A stretch of DNA of 57,632 nucleotides from Tubiluchus corallicola (lineage: Eukaryota; Animalia; Priapulida). A program made the position numbers and the translations under genes. The notes below the pieces were generated by a model. That model was not told where the DNA came from, searched no databases, and saw nothing but the letters and a program-made list of their open reading frames with translations. Shown piece by piece: positions 11,825-24,236 of this stretch. How positions within the stretch are numbered: the stretch's first letter is position 1; each line of letters starts with the position of its first letter. The stretch covers positions 1-57,632 of the forward strand of contig JAQGDQ010001170.1 of assembly GCA_030141605.1 (NCBI GenBank), read 5' to 3'.

Positions 11825-12594
11825 TAAGTCACGTAGTATGTTGGGTTTATTTTATTGTTATCTCTTAAACTTAGAAAATTTGAACCAAGAAATTTGCAAA
11901 AAACTGTCTATAAAGCATCAGTTTAAAATATACTACCTAAACTTAGGAAATTTGAACAAAGAAATTTGCAAAAAACTGTCTATAAAGCATCAATTTAAAA
12001 TATACTACCTCTGAATAGAGATTTTCAGGCGTAGTGGTTGATACCTTTCACTTGAAAATTGTGACGTAACTGGGAGACTTCGTGACTTTTCGTTAGCCTA
12101 TCGTGGCTTTCCGTAAACACGCGCTGCTTAACTAATTCAAACTTCTGCACCTTACCTTCTGTTCGCGCAAAGCTATTACAAAATCAGCTATCTATTTTTT
12201 TGTAAATACCTATTATACTTTCGAAGAAGATTGACAGTGTGCTACTTTTCTTCAGAACGAATGAAATGAATTTGATCATTTTTCATTTGTTTTAATGTCC
12301 TTCATGTAAAAAAGCATTCGCTTTACCTTAATTGGTGTTTTCGTTTGCATGATTATGACGGTAGAGGTTTGGTATAGTACGTACTTCTTTAATGTAACAC
12401 TTTTGGTCTAATATCTCAAATCGCTCAAGGTTGAGAGAAGGCCACCACTAGTGTCCTTGAGAACATGAGAAAGCCAGTGAGAAAAAACTTATTCCGAAAA
12501 TGTAAGGTTCACCCCGCCGGCTGCCAGACTAATAACTAATAAGCGAAGTGACGCAACAGTACTTTAAAATGTTTGATGTTATTTTGTGCACATA

Positions 12595-13076
12595 CAGTGG
12601 ACTCTCGTTACAAGAATCACACGTATAAGAATCAGCTCGATATAAGAATCACCCTTCTTTCGATAGTAGAATCAATTTTGGCGCCAACTCCATTGTCTCT
12701 CACGCCCTGCTTACATGGTTCTGCGCAGTGGGCGTGGCGGACACCACAGAGATTTCAAATTTGTTTGTTTGCGTGTCAGTCAGTTGAAATGCACATGCAC
12801 ATGAAAATTAAAAAATTTTAAGACAATTCTGGCATCATGAAAAATTTACCCAACCATGAAATAAAAACATTAGTCTAGAAATTTTTAGGTCCTTTTTAGG
12901 CCAGAAAAACATTATGCTGTTTCATGTCGTTTCTAGCGTAATTTCGGGAAATAAATAATTTTTATGTGCATAAAAAAAATTTAAAGCAATTCTGGGTCAT
13001 GCTCGTTATAAGAATCGCTCGTTATAAGAATCACTTTGCCTTCTCCCGAGGTGATTCTTATAACGAGAGTCCACTG
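12595..13076. mobile_element. Tigger/pogo-like MITE
   Basis: TA|CAGTGGACTCTCGTTACAAGAATCAC ... GTGATTCTTATAACGAGAGTCCACTG|TA, with subterminal TAAGAATC repeats. Confidence 0.88.
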
Positions 13077-13279
13077 TACTGTAGAAGATGGCGTATCGTA
13101 AGCATAACATGGAAAAAGCTTGTTATATTTTGTATAATGAGTGTAACTCAGTATATGAGTGATAAAAAGTAGGGCTGCTTTTTTAGTTTGATTTAAGTTT
13201 AGTTTAGTGTAGTTAAATGATTAGTTTTCTATCTTGTCACAACGTGAAAAACGTAGATTTGAGTGTGTGACGTCACTAA

Positions 13280-14085
13280 TGGCGCGTTCAGACGTAGAGA
13301 CTTCTCTCGTAACCTGTTGTACATCTTCTCTCTGTGAGCAAAGTGACTCGTGTCAACTTCTCTCGCTACTCATTGCGCAAGTTGACTCTCGGCAACTCTC
13401 CCCGAGTTGTTGCGATTGTTGCGAGAGAAGTTGCTAAATAAGTTGCGAGAGAAGTTGCCAAGCCGTTCACACGTGTGGCTTTACTCTCAGAGAGAAGTTG
13501 CCAAGCCGTTCACACGTGTGGCTTTACTCTCAGAGAGAAGTTGCCAAGCCGTTCACACGTGTGGCTTTACTCTCAGAGAGAAGTTGCCAAGCCGTTCACA
13601 CGTGTGGCTTTACTCTCAGAGAGAAGTTGGGTTGTGGGTTTTGGGGGCCGCCGTTCACACGTGTGGCTTTACTTCAGAGAGAAGTTGCCTGCCGTTCACA
13701 CGTGTGGCTTTACTCTAGAGAGAAGTTGCCAAGCCGTTCACACGTGTGGCTTTACTCTCAGGAGAAGTTGCCAAGCCGTTCACACGTGTGGCTTTACTTC
13801 AGAGGTTACGAGTGTTGCGAGAGAAGTTGCCAGCCGTTCACACGTGTGGCTTTACTCTCAGAGAGAAGTTGCCAAGCCGTTCACACGTGTGGCTTTACTC
13901 TCAGAGAGAAGTTGCCAAGCCGTTCACACGTGTGGCTTTACTCTCAGAGAGAAGTTGCCAAGCCGTTCACACGTGTGGCTTTACTCTCAGAGAGAAGTTG
14001 CCAAGCCGTTCACACGTGTGGCTTTACTCTCAGAGAGAAGTTACGCAGTAAGTTGCGAGAGAAGTCTCAACGTCTGAACGCGCAA
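13280..14085. mobile_element. PIF/Harbinger-like MITE carrying an internal tandem array
   Basis: TAA|TGGCGCGTTCAGACGTAGAGACTTCTCTCGTAAC ... GTTGCGAGAGAAGTCTCAACGTCTGAACGCGCAA|TAA, i.e. a ~34-bp TIR and a TAA target duplication. Confidence 0.75.
13447..14042. repeat. 43-bp minisatellite, 13 copies
   Basis: Unit GAGAGAAGTTGCCAAGCCGTTCACACGTGTGGCTTTACTCTCA; CACACGTGTG was counted 13 times. A few central units are irregular. Confidence 0.95.
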
Positions 14086-14790
14086 TAACATGCTGTACAT
14101 GCTTGAGTATTGTACAGTGCTTGTACAGCGCATTGAAGATACGTGCTGTACTTTAGTTTAGCGATTAGGCCATCGCCTGTACACTGTACACCAATCATAC
14201 GTAACGTCGTCATCGTCCATACGTCCCTCCGTGGGTGTAAAGGTCGCCTCGCTTCTTCATCTCTTAGCTTTTGTGTACAATTGTAGTTAAAAGTGGTACG
14301 TGTGTCAATGCAGTTTATATCCGTGGTTGGTGTTTACTACGTTTAGTAGCGTCTAAGTTTTACGTGAGGCCTACATTAATGGAAACTTGACATGCGCAAA
14401 GACAAAAGAATGGCCATTATGAGTACGTAGCTTTTCTATTTTTCATATAATAAGTAGTTCTGATTTAATTAAATTATACAGTTTAAAGGGAAACAAAACA
14501 GAATTTTATGATATGTACTAAAAAAAACTTTCCATAAAAGTCTTATTACTGTTAGCATTACGCATTCCTGTTTGAAAGGCATAGAAAATGTCCGCACCAA
14601 TTGGTAATCATCACTGCATTGGTATCCCACTGTGCACTGCTGATTCACCAAATATTTTGATCTTTTTTGACATTATAAAGTAATTATACTTTTGCTTAGT
14701 TAGTGAAGAGTGCGCTACGAATGCTCTGATTATTTTTTCAAACTTTATGCAATGTTATCTAAACTTGTTTCAAACGCCTAACAGTCGTTG

Positions 14791-14836
14791 CGGCAATCAC
14801 TCATCCAAGTGCTAACCAGGCTGTTCGTTGCTTAAC
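14791..14836 (-). pseudogene. 5S rRNA / 5S-SINE fragment (internal promoter region)
   Basis: The reverse complement GTTAAGCAACGAACAGCCTGGTTAGCACTTGGATGAGTGATTGCC matches the 5S box A-IE-box C region. Confidence 0.7.
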
Positions 14837-15374
14837 AAGGCACAAATCCCCATTCTGTATGTCTTAGCAAGTTTAAAGGAAAGACCAAGCCTTCTGGAAA
14901 GTTAAACTTATTCTAATATTTCGTGAAAAATGTTAGAAGGATTTAATATAATTTTGTGATAAGTACTTTACTAAAATGAATTAACGAATTAGTATTTAAA
15001 ATCACTTTAATGTCCGAGCATTTCTAAATAACTATGGAAGTTTTTGCTGAATCAAAGTGGTTTATTTATGATATTGCAGCAATGATCAGGCTGAAATCAC
15101 AACAACAAAATAATTACATATAATACTGCCATACCGCATAGAGCGTAAGTGCAAATATAAATGTTTCGAATTATACTCATTTAAGAATTGTTCCTTTAAT
15201 CACAAAAGTAAAACTGCATATAATATACCGTTCCAAATATTAAACATCTGCTTGACACAGCATTAAGTTCTTATTTTTAAATGTGTTAAAAATTGCCTCC
15301 TGCAAACAGCAATATGGGTACTCTTCATAAACTTTTGTTTATATGTTAATAAAATTCATTTAGTTTTACATAAT

Positions 15375-15980
15375 TCAGACTTAACACAATATGCCGATGA
15401 TACAACTATCTATACAGCACACGCAGACTTTCTAACATCAAAAAATAATCTAGAAAAAGACATAACAAATATAAATGCAGCATTTAACTATTTTGGTTTA
15501 AAAATGAATGATGATAAGACAGAATTTATGGTAATATCACCCAAATCCAATGACATTACTTCTAATGCAACACTAAAAGTAGGTGACTGTTCCATAGAAC
15601 AAGCAAAAACAGTAAAATTTTTAGGCATTACTGTCGATAGTAAACTCACTTGGGATGAACGGTTTCATCAAATACACAACAAGATGGCATTAAGCACGAA
15701 ATTCTTACACCAAACCAGAGGCCATCTGACCAAGAAAACAAAAATTCTCATCTACAAAAGTCTAATATTACCACATTATCTGTATGGTTGCACTTTACTT
15801 CAAAACGTTAAATATGAAAACTTTAGAAAACTAAATACAATGCAAAACTAAGCACTTAGATTAATTCATGGCTATTCTAACAAAACTGCTAAACAACATG
15901 CTGCATCTGCCGACAAGCTTAAGAACGTCCACAAAAATACCAATATTAGAAGCCTATCGAGATTACAAAGCACTGATATT
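15375..15980 (+). mobile_element. LINE reverse-transcriptase fragment (CR1/L2/Jockey group), disrupted
   Basis: In frame with ORF 15504: LTQYADDTTIY...LKMNDDKTEFMVI...VKFLGITVDSKLTW...LIYKSLILPHYLYG...MQN*ALRLI. It has the YADD motif and a premature stop. Confidence 0.85.
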
Positions 15981-15988
15981 TCTTTATA

Positions 15989-16024
<36 letters not shown>

Positions 16025-16164
16025 TGCTGAAATCTTCGAGATCCTCTAATTTTACGCTTTTGAATGACCGTTCTTCTAGTATAAGCGTCGTTCGTCTGCT
16101 GTAGAAAACCATCGCACTGTAAACTTACTTTAAAAGTATTATAAGTTTTTACAAAAAATTCAGA

Positions 16165-16633
16165 TAGCTAATTTTGTGATATTTTACATGAACAATAGCT
16201 AATTTTGTGATTTTTTTACATGAACACTAGCTAATTTTGTGATTTTTTACATGAACACTAGCTAATTTTGTGATATTTTACATGAACACTAGCTAATTTT
16301 GTGATATTTTACATGAACACTAGCTAATTTTGTGATATTTTACATGAACACTAGCTAATTTTGTGATTTTTTTACATGAACACTAGCTAATTTTGTGATT
16401 TTTTACATGAACACTAGCTAATTTTGTGATATTTTACATGAACACTAGCTAATTTTGTGATATTTTACATGAACACTAGCTAATTTTGTGATATTTTACA
16501 TGAACACTAGCTAATTTTGTGATATTTTACATGAACACTAGCTAATTTTGTGATATTTTACATGAACACTAGCTAATTTTGTGATATTTTACATGAACAC
16601 TAGCTAATTTTGTGATATTTTACATGAACACTA
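16165..16633. repeat. 31-bp minisatellite, ~15 copies, inside a TTAA-flanked MITE
   Basis: Unit TAGCTAATTTTGTGATATTTTACATGAACAC. The host element ends ...GACCTTTCCT|TTAA at ~16884. Confidence 0.95.
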
Positions 16634-19071
16634 AGCAAGCTGCAGAAACGTAAATTAGTTTAAGCATCGTGCATTTACGGAAAGCCACGATGCGCTCACG
16701 AAGAGTCAAAAGTTACGTCATAAATTTCAACTGAATGGCGACTATTACCGCGCCTGTAAGTTTTTATACTGCGGTAGTATAAATGCCTTGTAGACATTTT
16801 TTGCAAATTTCTTTGTTACATTTTATGAAGTTCGAGTGATAACAGTAAGATTAAACCAGCTTGTTAAGTGACTTGACCTTTCCTTTAAATCTCTTCCTTG
16901 AACCTGTAGAGAAAATACCACGCGCTGATTATTTTCCTGTAATTACAGACGAATTCTGGCGACATCTTATCCTTGGCGTAAAGGTTATAGCAACCTCAGG
17001 TTATGTTCGTTCCATTTCCCGTGGAGCAACAATAAATATTATGTTATTGGATGCTAGTATTACGAGCTTCAATCATTCCGTTAATAGGACAGTGTTTGGC
17101 CTGTGTCCCTAGCCAATGCCTTAACGTTAATCACACAACGAGGCTTAAGAATCTTATGATGAATGGTACTGATGTTGGACATTTCTGCTTTTCCCGGAAT
17201 GGTCGTAATTAATAACCGAACAGACTGCCCGGCACAGTAAATGTCGTGGCGAAGCTGACAGCTGATTCGGTAAAAATTACGTTTTTGTTTGAGTAGAGAA
17301 GCTCCATTAGGTGTTCGCGTTGAAGGACGGGTGCTTGTCTGTGTGTGTTCTAAAAACTGTTTCCACGTGAATCGATTAGTAGTTCGTTTGTAAGTGTTTA
17401 TGAAGAATGCTTGTCTGTGTGTCTTTTGCCATGTAGGTTTTTGGGCAAATCTTTTATTCGCCTTACAATGTTTGAAGTGCTTGCACGGGAATTCATAGAG
17501 TTTAAGGCATCTGCAAAGTGCAGAGTCTTGAAAGAAAACAGGACGATTTTTTTGCATCCTACTCCATTTTGAAACACTGTAAAAAGTATATATTTCAAGA
17601 CCTTTTAATATTGCCAAAGTACTTCCGATAATTAAATACTAGCTTAAAAACTTATTCAACGGTAGACCAGCTTACGGTAGTAATCATCGGTATTAATGAC
17701 GTCATAATTGAAGACCCTTCAAGAGCACAAACATTCCACGAGCGTCTTGTACATGTTTGTGAATTAGAAAATTGAACAACAATGCTACTGTACAACATTC
17801 AGTAGTGATGTACAAAACTTGCCAAATTCAGATTTCCAGTTTACTGCTGTACTTATGCATGATCTCTCAAACGTGTGCACCACGTCACAACTGAACCCAT
17901 CTAAAGTGAGAGATACGGCACCTGTTTTATACGTATACGTAAAAACTTGTTATACTTTTGACGTAAGATTGACAGTGCTCTACTTTTCTTCATGACGAAT
18001 GACGTCATTAGAAGACCAATGGCCTTTGAAAATGCGAGCGCCCAAGCATAAAGTGATTTTACCAGTTACACGAGGCGTTTATTGCAGTTTTACTACTATA
18101 TCCTTCTAACATTGAAATGAGTCTAACCTCCTAGAAGGCTTGGCTTTTTTCCTTTAATATTAACCGTTAGAGCTGGGGCGTTTCGAGTTAATGCAAGAAA
18201 AATTTAATCAGGTTTTAAGATGACAAGTTTACAAGCGATCTCACGTGTGGTAATTTTACACTTGTCCTTCAACGTTGAAAAGATAAGAAACATTATCCAC
18301 TTTCAGAACGGGCAGTGACACCGTGCGACAGATGGGGTAATTACTGAAATAATAAAAGCAGCTATTTTAAAGTCAAAAGCCGAAATCAAGTGGCACTTTA
18401 ATTGGAACACGTTCCCCGCCGATCCTGTTAACTCTTTCCATCTGTTATGCTGCTAATTTTTTGCCCCAATTAAATAAATCTTAAACCGGATTTATATTAT
18501 AGACGTGTATAAACTTACACTCTTGATACTTCCAGGCCCTTTTGCGGATTGCTTTGCCTTTTAGTAAAAGATATTATCGTAGCGCGGCGTTGTTTCGCAA
18601 CGAAAAAACGGCACTTTAATTTTTATTTATCAGACACCGTCACCGTCACCATCATTTTTAACTGTTACAAACTGGGGTTTGTTTATAAAAAATGTCAGGT
18701 TTTCGTCAAGGGTTTGTCTAGGCACCTTCGTTATATTTCGCCGCCAAAAGTTACTTTGTAGCAATGCGCGGGTTCGTTGACCTAAATACGTGTGCTGATA
18801 TCAAATCCCGGTGCTTAAAATGTTTAGATAAATATAATCAGCAAATCTGGACGTCTGCGAACTGTTCAGGGAAGCCTGACTGCTGACGTAACGCGCGAAG
18901 CCAAGGACGCGTAGTTCCGGCGGCGTCGACTTGCTGGGATCCTCAGAAGGTAACTCTTATCAGTCTTACGGGATGGCAAAATGGCTTCTTTTGGAAGCGT
19001 TTGACAACTCCTCACACAATTTAAATACCTTAATCCTAGCCCTAACCCGGATTAGGCTTAGGGCTCCGCAT

Positions 19072-19191
19072 CGTGATCCGCATAAAATCCCGGATCCGTA
19101 TATAATACCGGATCCGCATATAATACCGGATCCGCATATAATACCGGATCCGCATATAATACCGGATCCGCATATAAACCCGGATCCGCAT
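19072..19191. repeat. 18-bp minisatellite, ~6 copies
   Basis: Unit ATAATACCGGATCCGCAT with a palindromic CGGATCCG core, flanked by CCTAAC/CCTAAT motifs. Confidence 0.9.
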
Positions 19192-19803
19192 CCTAATCCT
19201 CTTCACGAACCAATTTCTTGTGTGTGGGGAGTTGCAAACTTTAGCCCTTCTTTTATCCAGCTAATGAATTGTAATACCTTTGTATTCTATCAGCTGAGGT
19301 TCTCACTTTTTTCGTACCCAAAACTCCCGACACTCTTAGTGTCTTTGTTACATGAGGAAAACCGGCACCTACACGTGGAGAAATAAACTAACTTTAAATT
19401 TAACTATAACTTTAACCTTATGTCAGCGAAACTAGTCCATTATGTGAAGGAAAATTTTGAAATCAGTTGCAATATGCAAAAAATTATAAAAAAAACTCAA
19501 TAATTTTTTGCTTGTGCCTTCGCGCATGGCTGTTGCCGAGTTTGCGAAATTCGCAATTGATCCGCCTTGCGAAAAAATCGCGGATTTTAGCTCCGTTCAC
19601 CTTTGATGATGATTACCAGACCCGCCATCTTTCCTCAGACATACTGGCAAGTAAACAGATCGCCTACCCTTGCTTGCCAACACTTGGGCTTATCATTAAG
19701 CCAGCTCTTACGACTACACGTTTTTTCATCACATTTAAATTGGCAAAAAATGTCTGCCGCGTGTTTGTGGGACTCATTTCTAGCGTCTGTATTAAGCGAG
19801 TCG

Positions 19804-20056
19804 TACACGTGTTACGTTACCATGCCTACACGTGTTACGTTACCATGCCTACACGTGTTACGTTACCATGCCTACACGTGTTACGTTACCATGCCTACAC
19901 GTGTTACGTTACCATGCCTACACGTGTTACGTTACCATGCCTACACGTGTTACGTTACCATGCCTACACGTGTTACGTTACCATGCCTACACGTGTTACG
20001 TTACCATGCCTACACGTGTTACGTTACCATGCCTACACGTGTTACGTTACCATGCC
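19804..20056. repeat. 23-bp minisatellite, 11 perfect copies
   Basis: Unit TACACGTGTTACGTTACCATGCC. Confidence 0.95.
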
Positions 20057-20414
20057 GCCAGGGGTGACAGACACTGGCAGTATGCCAAGAATGTTGCATT
20101 TTAGTTGGTTAGTTGGTGACTAAAAAGTCAAAATAACGTTTTATGTTCACGCGGATTCGAACTCGCAGCTTGCATGCCTGTAAAACATTAATGCCTTAGT
20201 TCAAGTATCTCTCCCAATTTTGAGAAATTTGCGCTTTGTGTATATTTTGGTGATTTTTTTATTTTATCGTATTTTAATGTAAGTAAATGTGAATTTTATC
20301 TAATGTAAGCTGTTGTATTTCAATTTTGCCACCTCCCAATATAAGCTGGCCTAAGGGCTAACATAGCCTGCCACTCTCATCTTATAAGATAATGTACATT
20401 TTATAAATGTTCTT

Positions 20415-20541
20415 AATAACGATAACGATAACGATAACGATAACGATAACGATAACGATAACAATAACAATAACAATAACAATAACAATAACAACAACAA
20501 CAATAACAATGATGACGATGACGACGACGATATTAATAATA

Positions 20542-20575
<34 letters not shown>

Positions 20576-20630
20576 ATATGGTGGTGGTGGTGGTGATGAT
20601 GCTGCTGCTGATGCTAATGATGATGATTAT
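20415..20630. repeat. Compound microsatellite (ATAACG)n(ATAACA)n(GAT/GGT)n
   Basis: Directly visible simple repeats. Confidence 0.9.
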
Positions 20631-21646
20631 AATTTGTCTGAAATACGTCTCGTGAAACCTGCGAGAAATTTGAAATATTTATTAAATATGATAGAATGAT
20701 CGTTGTTAAAGTATTTGCACTGCAGCAGTATAGTTATGTCAGTGATATCAAAGGCCACTGTGATTCGTGTCAGTACGCTCACTTGAAACACAAGAAAACG
20801 CTCTTCATAAATGAGGCTTAAAATTTCCTCTTGAAAATTTGCACCACTTACATCCTGTCTTATTGGGTACAGAGCTTGCATAGCAGTAACGCTGTATAGA
20901 ACTTATAAATTTGAATTCCCGGGATGGCCGTTGGGCGCGGCCATTTTAACGGTAAATCATTTGAAACAAGTTTAGATAAACCTTGAAGGGATTATCAATA
21001 ATCAAAAAATCAGGATTCATAACACATTCTTCGTTGGCTAAGCAAAGGTTTAAATTACTTCATATAGTGAATAAGGTAAATAGCGTGTAGCTATGGTGAA
21101 TCAGCGGTGCACACTGGGATTGCGATGCATTGCCATTTTATCAGGTGGTGGTGGGGCCAACACTTTAAATTAATAATAATTTTATTTTGCAATTACATAA
21201 GCCTTTCTAGCAGGTAAGCGTAATGCTAAGTAATATAACTATATCCAAAGTGCTTTAAGATATATTTTAAAACTTCCCTTTCTTCTCCTTCTCCCTTCTT
21301 CCCTTCTCCCTTAGAAATCCTCATATAATATAACCTCATTGTGTCTTAACGGGGTGATACGATTATGACGGCGGCAGCGACCGTAGCGTAAATGACGTGA
21401 GGACGTAGCATAAATTATGAAGACGCGAACGTCCCCAGAGAAAAGAAATCGACTCAGCTAAACTGTCGCATTTTCACTAATCAATGAAGTGTACAGGTGC
21501 CACGGTTTCCAACTTTTCGGGGTCACGTGACCACTTATTTTCATTCGGCTTCGTTTCAGGCAGACAGTTTAGATCACGACCTTTTATCACAACATCATGA
21601 CTGGGGAATTTTGCTATCTATAACTATAACTATGCGAATAAAATGC

Positions 21647-21719
21647 ATAATAATAATAATAATGATAATAATAATGGTAATGGTGATGGTGATGGTGATG
21701 GTGATGGTGATGGTGATGG

Positions 21720-21786
<67 letters not shown>

Positions 21787-21812
21787 AATAATAATAATAA
21801 AAATAATAATAT
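21647..21812. repeat. Compound microsatellite (ATA)n(GATGGT)n(GAT)n(AAT)n
   Basis: Directly visible simple repeats. Confidence 0.92.
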
Positions 21813-22242
21813 AACAGTCTTTAGCCAACCTATCTAAAATGATTTAACTAATAATAAATCTTGGTCGCACTAGTACACATGTGGGAAGGTGATATTCATC
21901 TAAGTAATTGAAGCAATGTGACGACGACGACGGTGGTGATGATGATGTTTATTTCATGCGCGTTAAAGTAGTCATATTGAACTGTACGACCTTTAAGTAT
22001 GCTTACCAGCTATTTTTAACAAATTTGTCAGTAATTATCTTTCGGGAGACAAACAGACAAAGGTGATGTATGTGATAAGTAAGTGCCAAAGGTTCTCATT
22101 AGAACTGTATCTTATTCGTTTTGTCATTTAGCAAAGTTGCAAGTCCACCATCTATAGTAACTGCATATATAATGTAAACTGTGTTTGTAATGTATGGTAG
22201 CTTGTTAGGGACATGGTAAAAACAAAAACGTAAATTTATTAA

Positions 22243-22835
22243 CTCGAAATTTCGACTTACTAATTCAAAATTTCGAGTTACTAAGTCGATATTGCGAGGT
22301 ACTAAGTCGATATTGCGAGTTTCTAAATCGATATTGCGAGGTACTAAGTCGATATTGCGAGGTACTAAGTCGATATTGTGAGGTACTAAGTCGATATTGC
22401 GAGTTTCTAAGTCGATATTGCGAGTTACTAAGTCGATATTGCGAGATACTGAATCGATATTGCGAGATACTGAATCGATATTGCGAGGTACTGAATCGAT
22501 ATTGCGAGGTACTAAGTCGATATTGCGAGTTTCTAAGTCGATATTGCGAGTTTCTAAGTCGATATTGCGAGTTTCTAAGTCGATATTGCGAGTTTCTAAG
22601 TCGATATTGCGAGTTACTAAGTCGATATTGCGAGATACTGAATCGATATTGCGAGATACTGAATCGATATTGCGAGGTACTGAATCGATATTGCGAGGTA
22701 CTGAATCGATATTGCGAGGTCCTAAGTCGATATTGCGAGTTTCTAAGTCGATATTGCGAGTTTCTAAGTCGATATTGCGAGTTACTAAGTCGATATTGCG
22801 AGATGCTGAATCGATATTGCGAGGTACTAAGTCGA
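22243..22835. repeat. 21-bp minisatellite, ~28 copies with higher-order variant pattern
   Basis: Unit CTAAGTCGATATTGCGAGGTA with variants (CTGAATCG; GTTT/GTTA/GATA/GGTA). Confidence 0.93.
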
Positions 22836-22866
22836 AATTTATTTTTTATCTATTTTCGTATCATTC

Positions 22867-22967
22867 ATTTTTCCCATACATGCCACTGTACATTTTTCCC
22901 ATACATGCCACTGTACATTTTTCCCATACATGCCACTGTACATTTTTCCCATACATGCCACTGTACA
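22867..22967. repeat. 25-bp tandem repeat, 4 copies
   Basis: Unit CATTTTTCCCATACATGCCACTGTA. Confidence 0.92.
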
Positions 22968-23285
22968 AAAGTACCTATTTTATAAAAAAAGTTGGCATAA
23001 AAAAATAAAACTATACATTACTCCAGATGAACATATAAATTGCATTTCAAAAATTTTGTGCATGATTAGAGAAATGGTCACTCGTGTATGATTTGCATGA
23101 GTTGCTGTGACTTTCTTGGTTCCATACTCGTTCAAGTTGATTTCGTTAGCCCTACCGTTTCTGGCTGTTTACCTAGTAAAATGACAATGTATTCACACGT
23201 TTAGTGGTTCAGCAGGAGTAGCTTTCAATCAGGCTCCGATTATGTCAAAGACACGGGCATCTTTTGACATCAGGGATATAGGATT

Positions 23286-24236
23286 TTGTAGTGAGTAGGT
23301 TGGAGAAAATTCTTTGTGGTGAGTAGGCTGGAGAAAGTACTTTGTAGTGAATAGGTTGGAGAAAGTTCTTTGTAGTGAGTAGGTTGAAAGTTCTTTCTGG
23401 TGAGTAGGTTGGAGAAAGTTCTTTGTAGTGAGTAGGTTGGAGAAAGTTCTTTGTAGTGAGTAGGTTGGAGAAAGTTCTTTGTAGTGAGTAGGTTGGAGAA
23501 GATTCTTTGTAGTGAGCAGGTTGGAGAAAGTTCTTTGTAGTGAGTAGGCTGGAGAAAGTTCTTTGTAGTGAGTAGGTTGGAGAAAGTTCTTTGTGGTGAG
23601 TAGGCTGGAGAAAGTTCTTTGTAGTGAGCAGGTTAGAGAAAGTGCTTTGTAGTGAGTAGGTTGGAGAAGATTCTTTGTAGTAAGTAGTTGGAGACAGTTC
23701 TTTGTAGTGAGTAGGTTGGAGAAAGTTCTTTGCGGTGAGTAGGCTGGAGAAAATTCTTTGTAGTGAGCAGGTTGGAGAAAGTTTTTTGTAGTGAGCAGGT
23801 TGGAGAAAGTTCTTTGTGGTGAGTAGGCTGGAGAAAATTCTTTGTAGTGAGCAGGTTGGAGAAGATTCTTTGTAGTGAGCAGGTTGGAGAAAGTTTTTTG
23901 TAGTGAGCTGGTTGGAGAAGATTCTTTGTAGTGAGCAGGTTGGAGAAGATTCTTTGTAGTGAGCAGGTTGGAGAAAGTTTTTTGTAGTGAGCAGGTTGGA
24001 GAAAGTTCTTTGTGGTGAGTAGGCTGGAGAAAATTCTTTGTATTGAGTAGGCTGGAGAAAGTTCTTTGTAGTGAGTAGGCTGGAGAAAGTTCTTTGTGGT
24101 GAGTAGGCTGGAGAAAGTTCTTTGTAATGAGTAGGTTGGAGAAAGTTCTTTGTGGTGAGTAGGCTGGAGAAAGTTCTTTGTGGTGAGTAGGCTGGAGAAA
24201 GTTCTTTGTAATGAGTAGGTTGGAGAAAGTTCTTTT
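23286..24236. repeat. 28-bp minisatellite, ~34 copies
   Basis: Unit GTGAGTAGGTTGGAGAAAGTTCTTTGTA. It gives the 28-aa periodic ORFs on the - strand. Confidence 0.95.

Noticed and set aside
13447-14042. Palindromic 43-bp repeat array as a CRISPR array
   Set aside because: The units are directly adjacent without unique spacers, there are no cas genes, the context is eukaryotic, and the array lies within MITE TIRs.
17081-17617. 178-aa ORF on the - strand
   Set aside because: It starts with TTG inside a MITE end, and the remainder has no recognisable motif.
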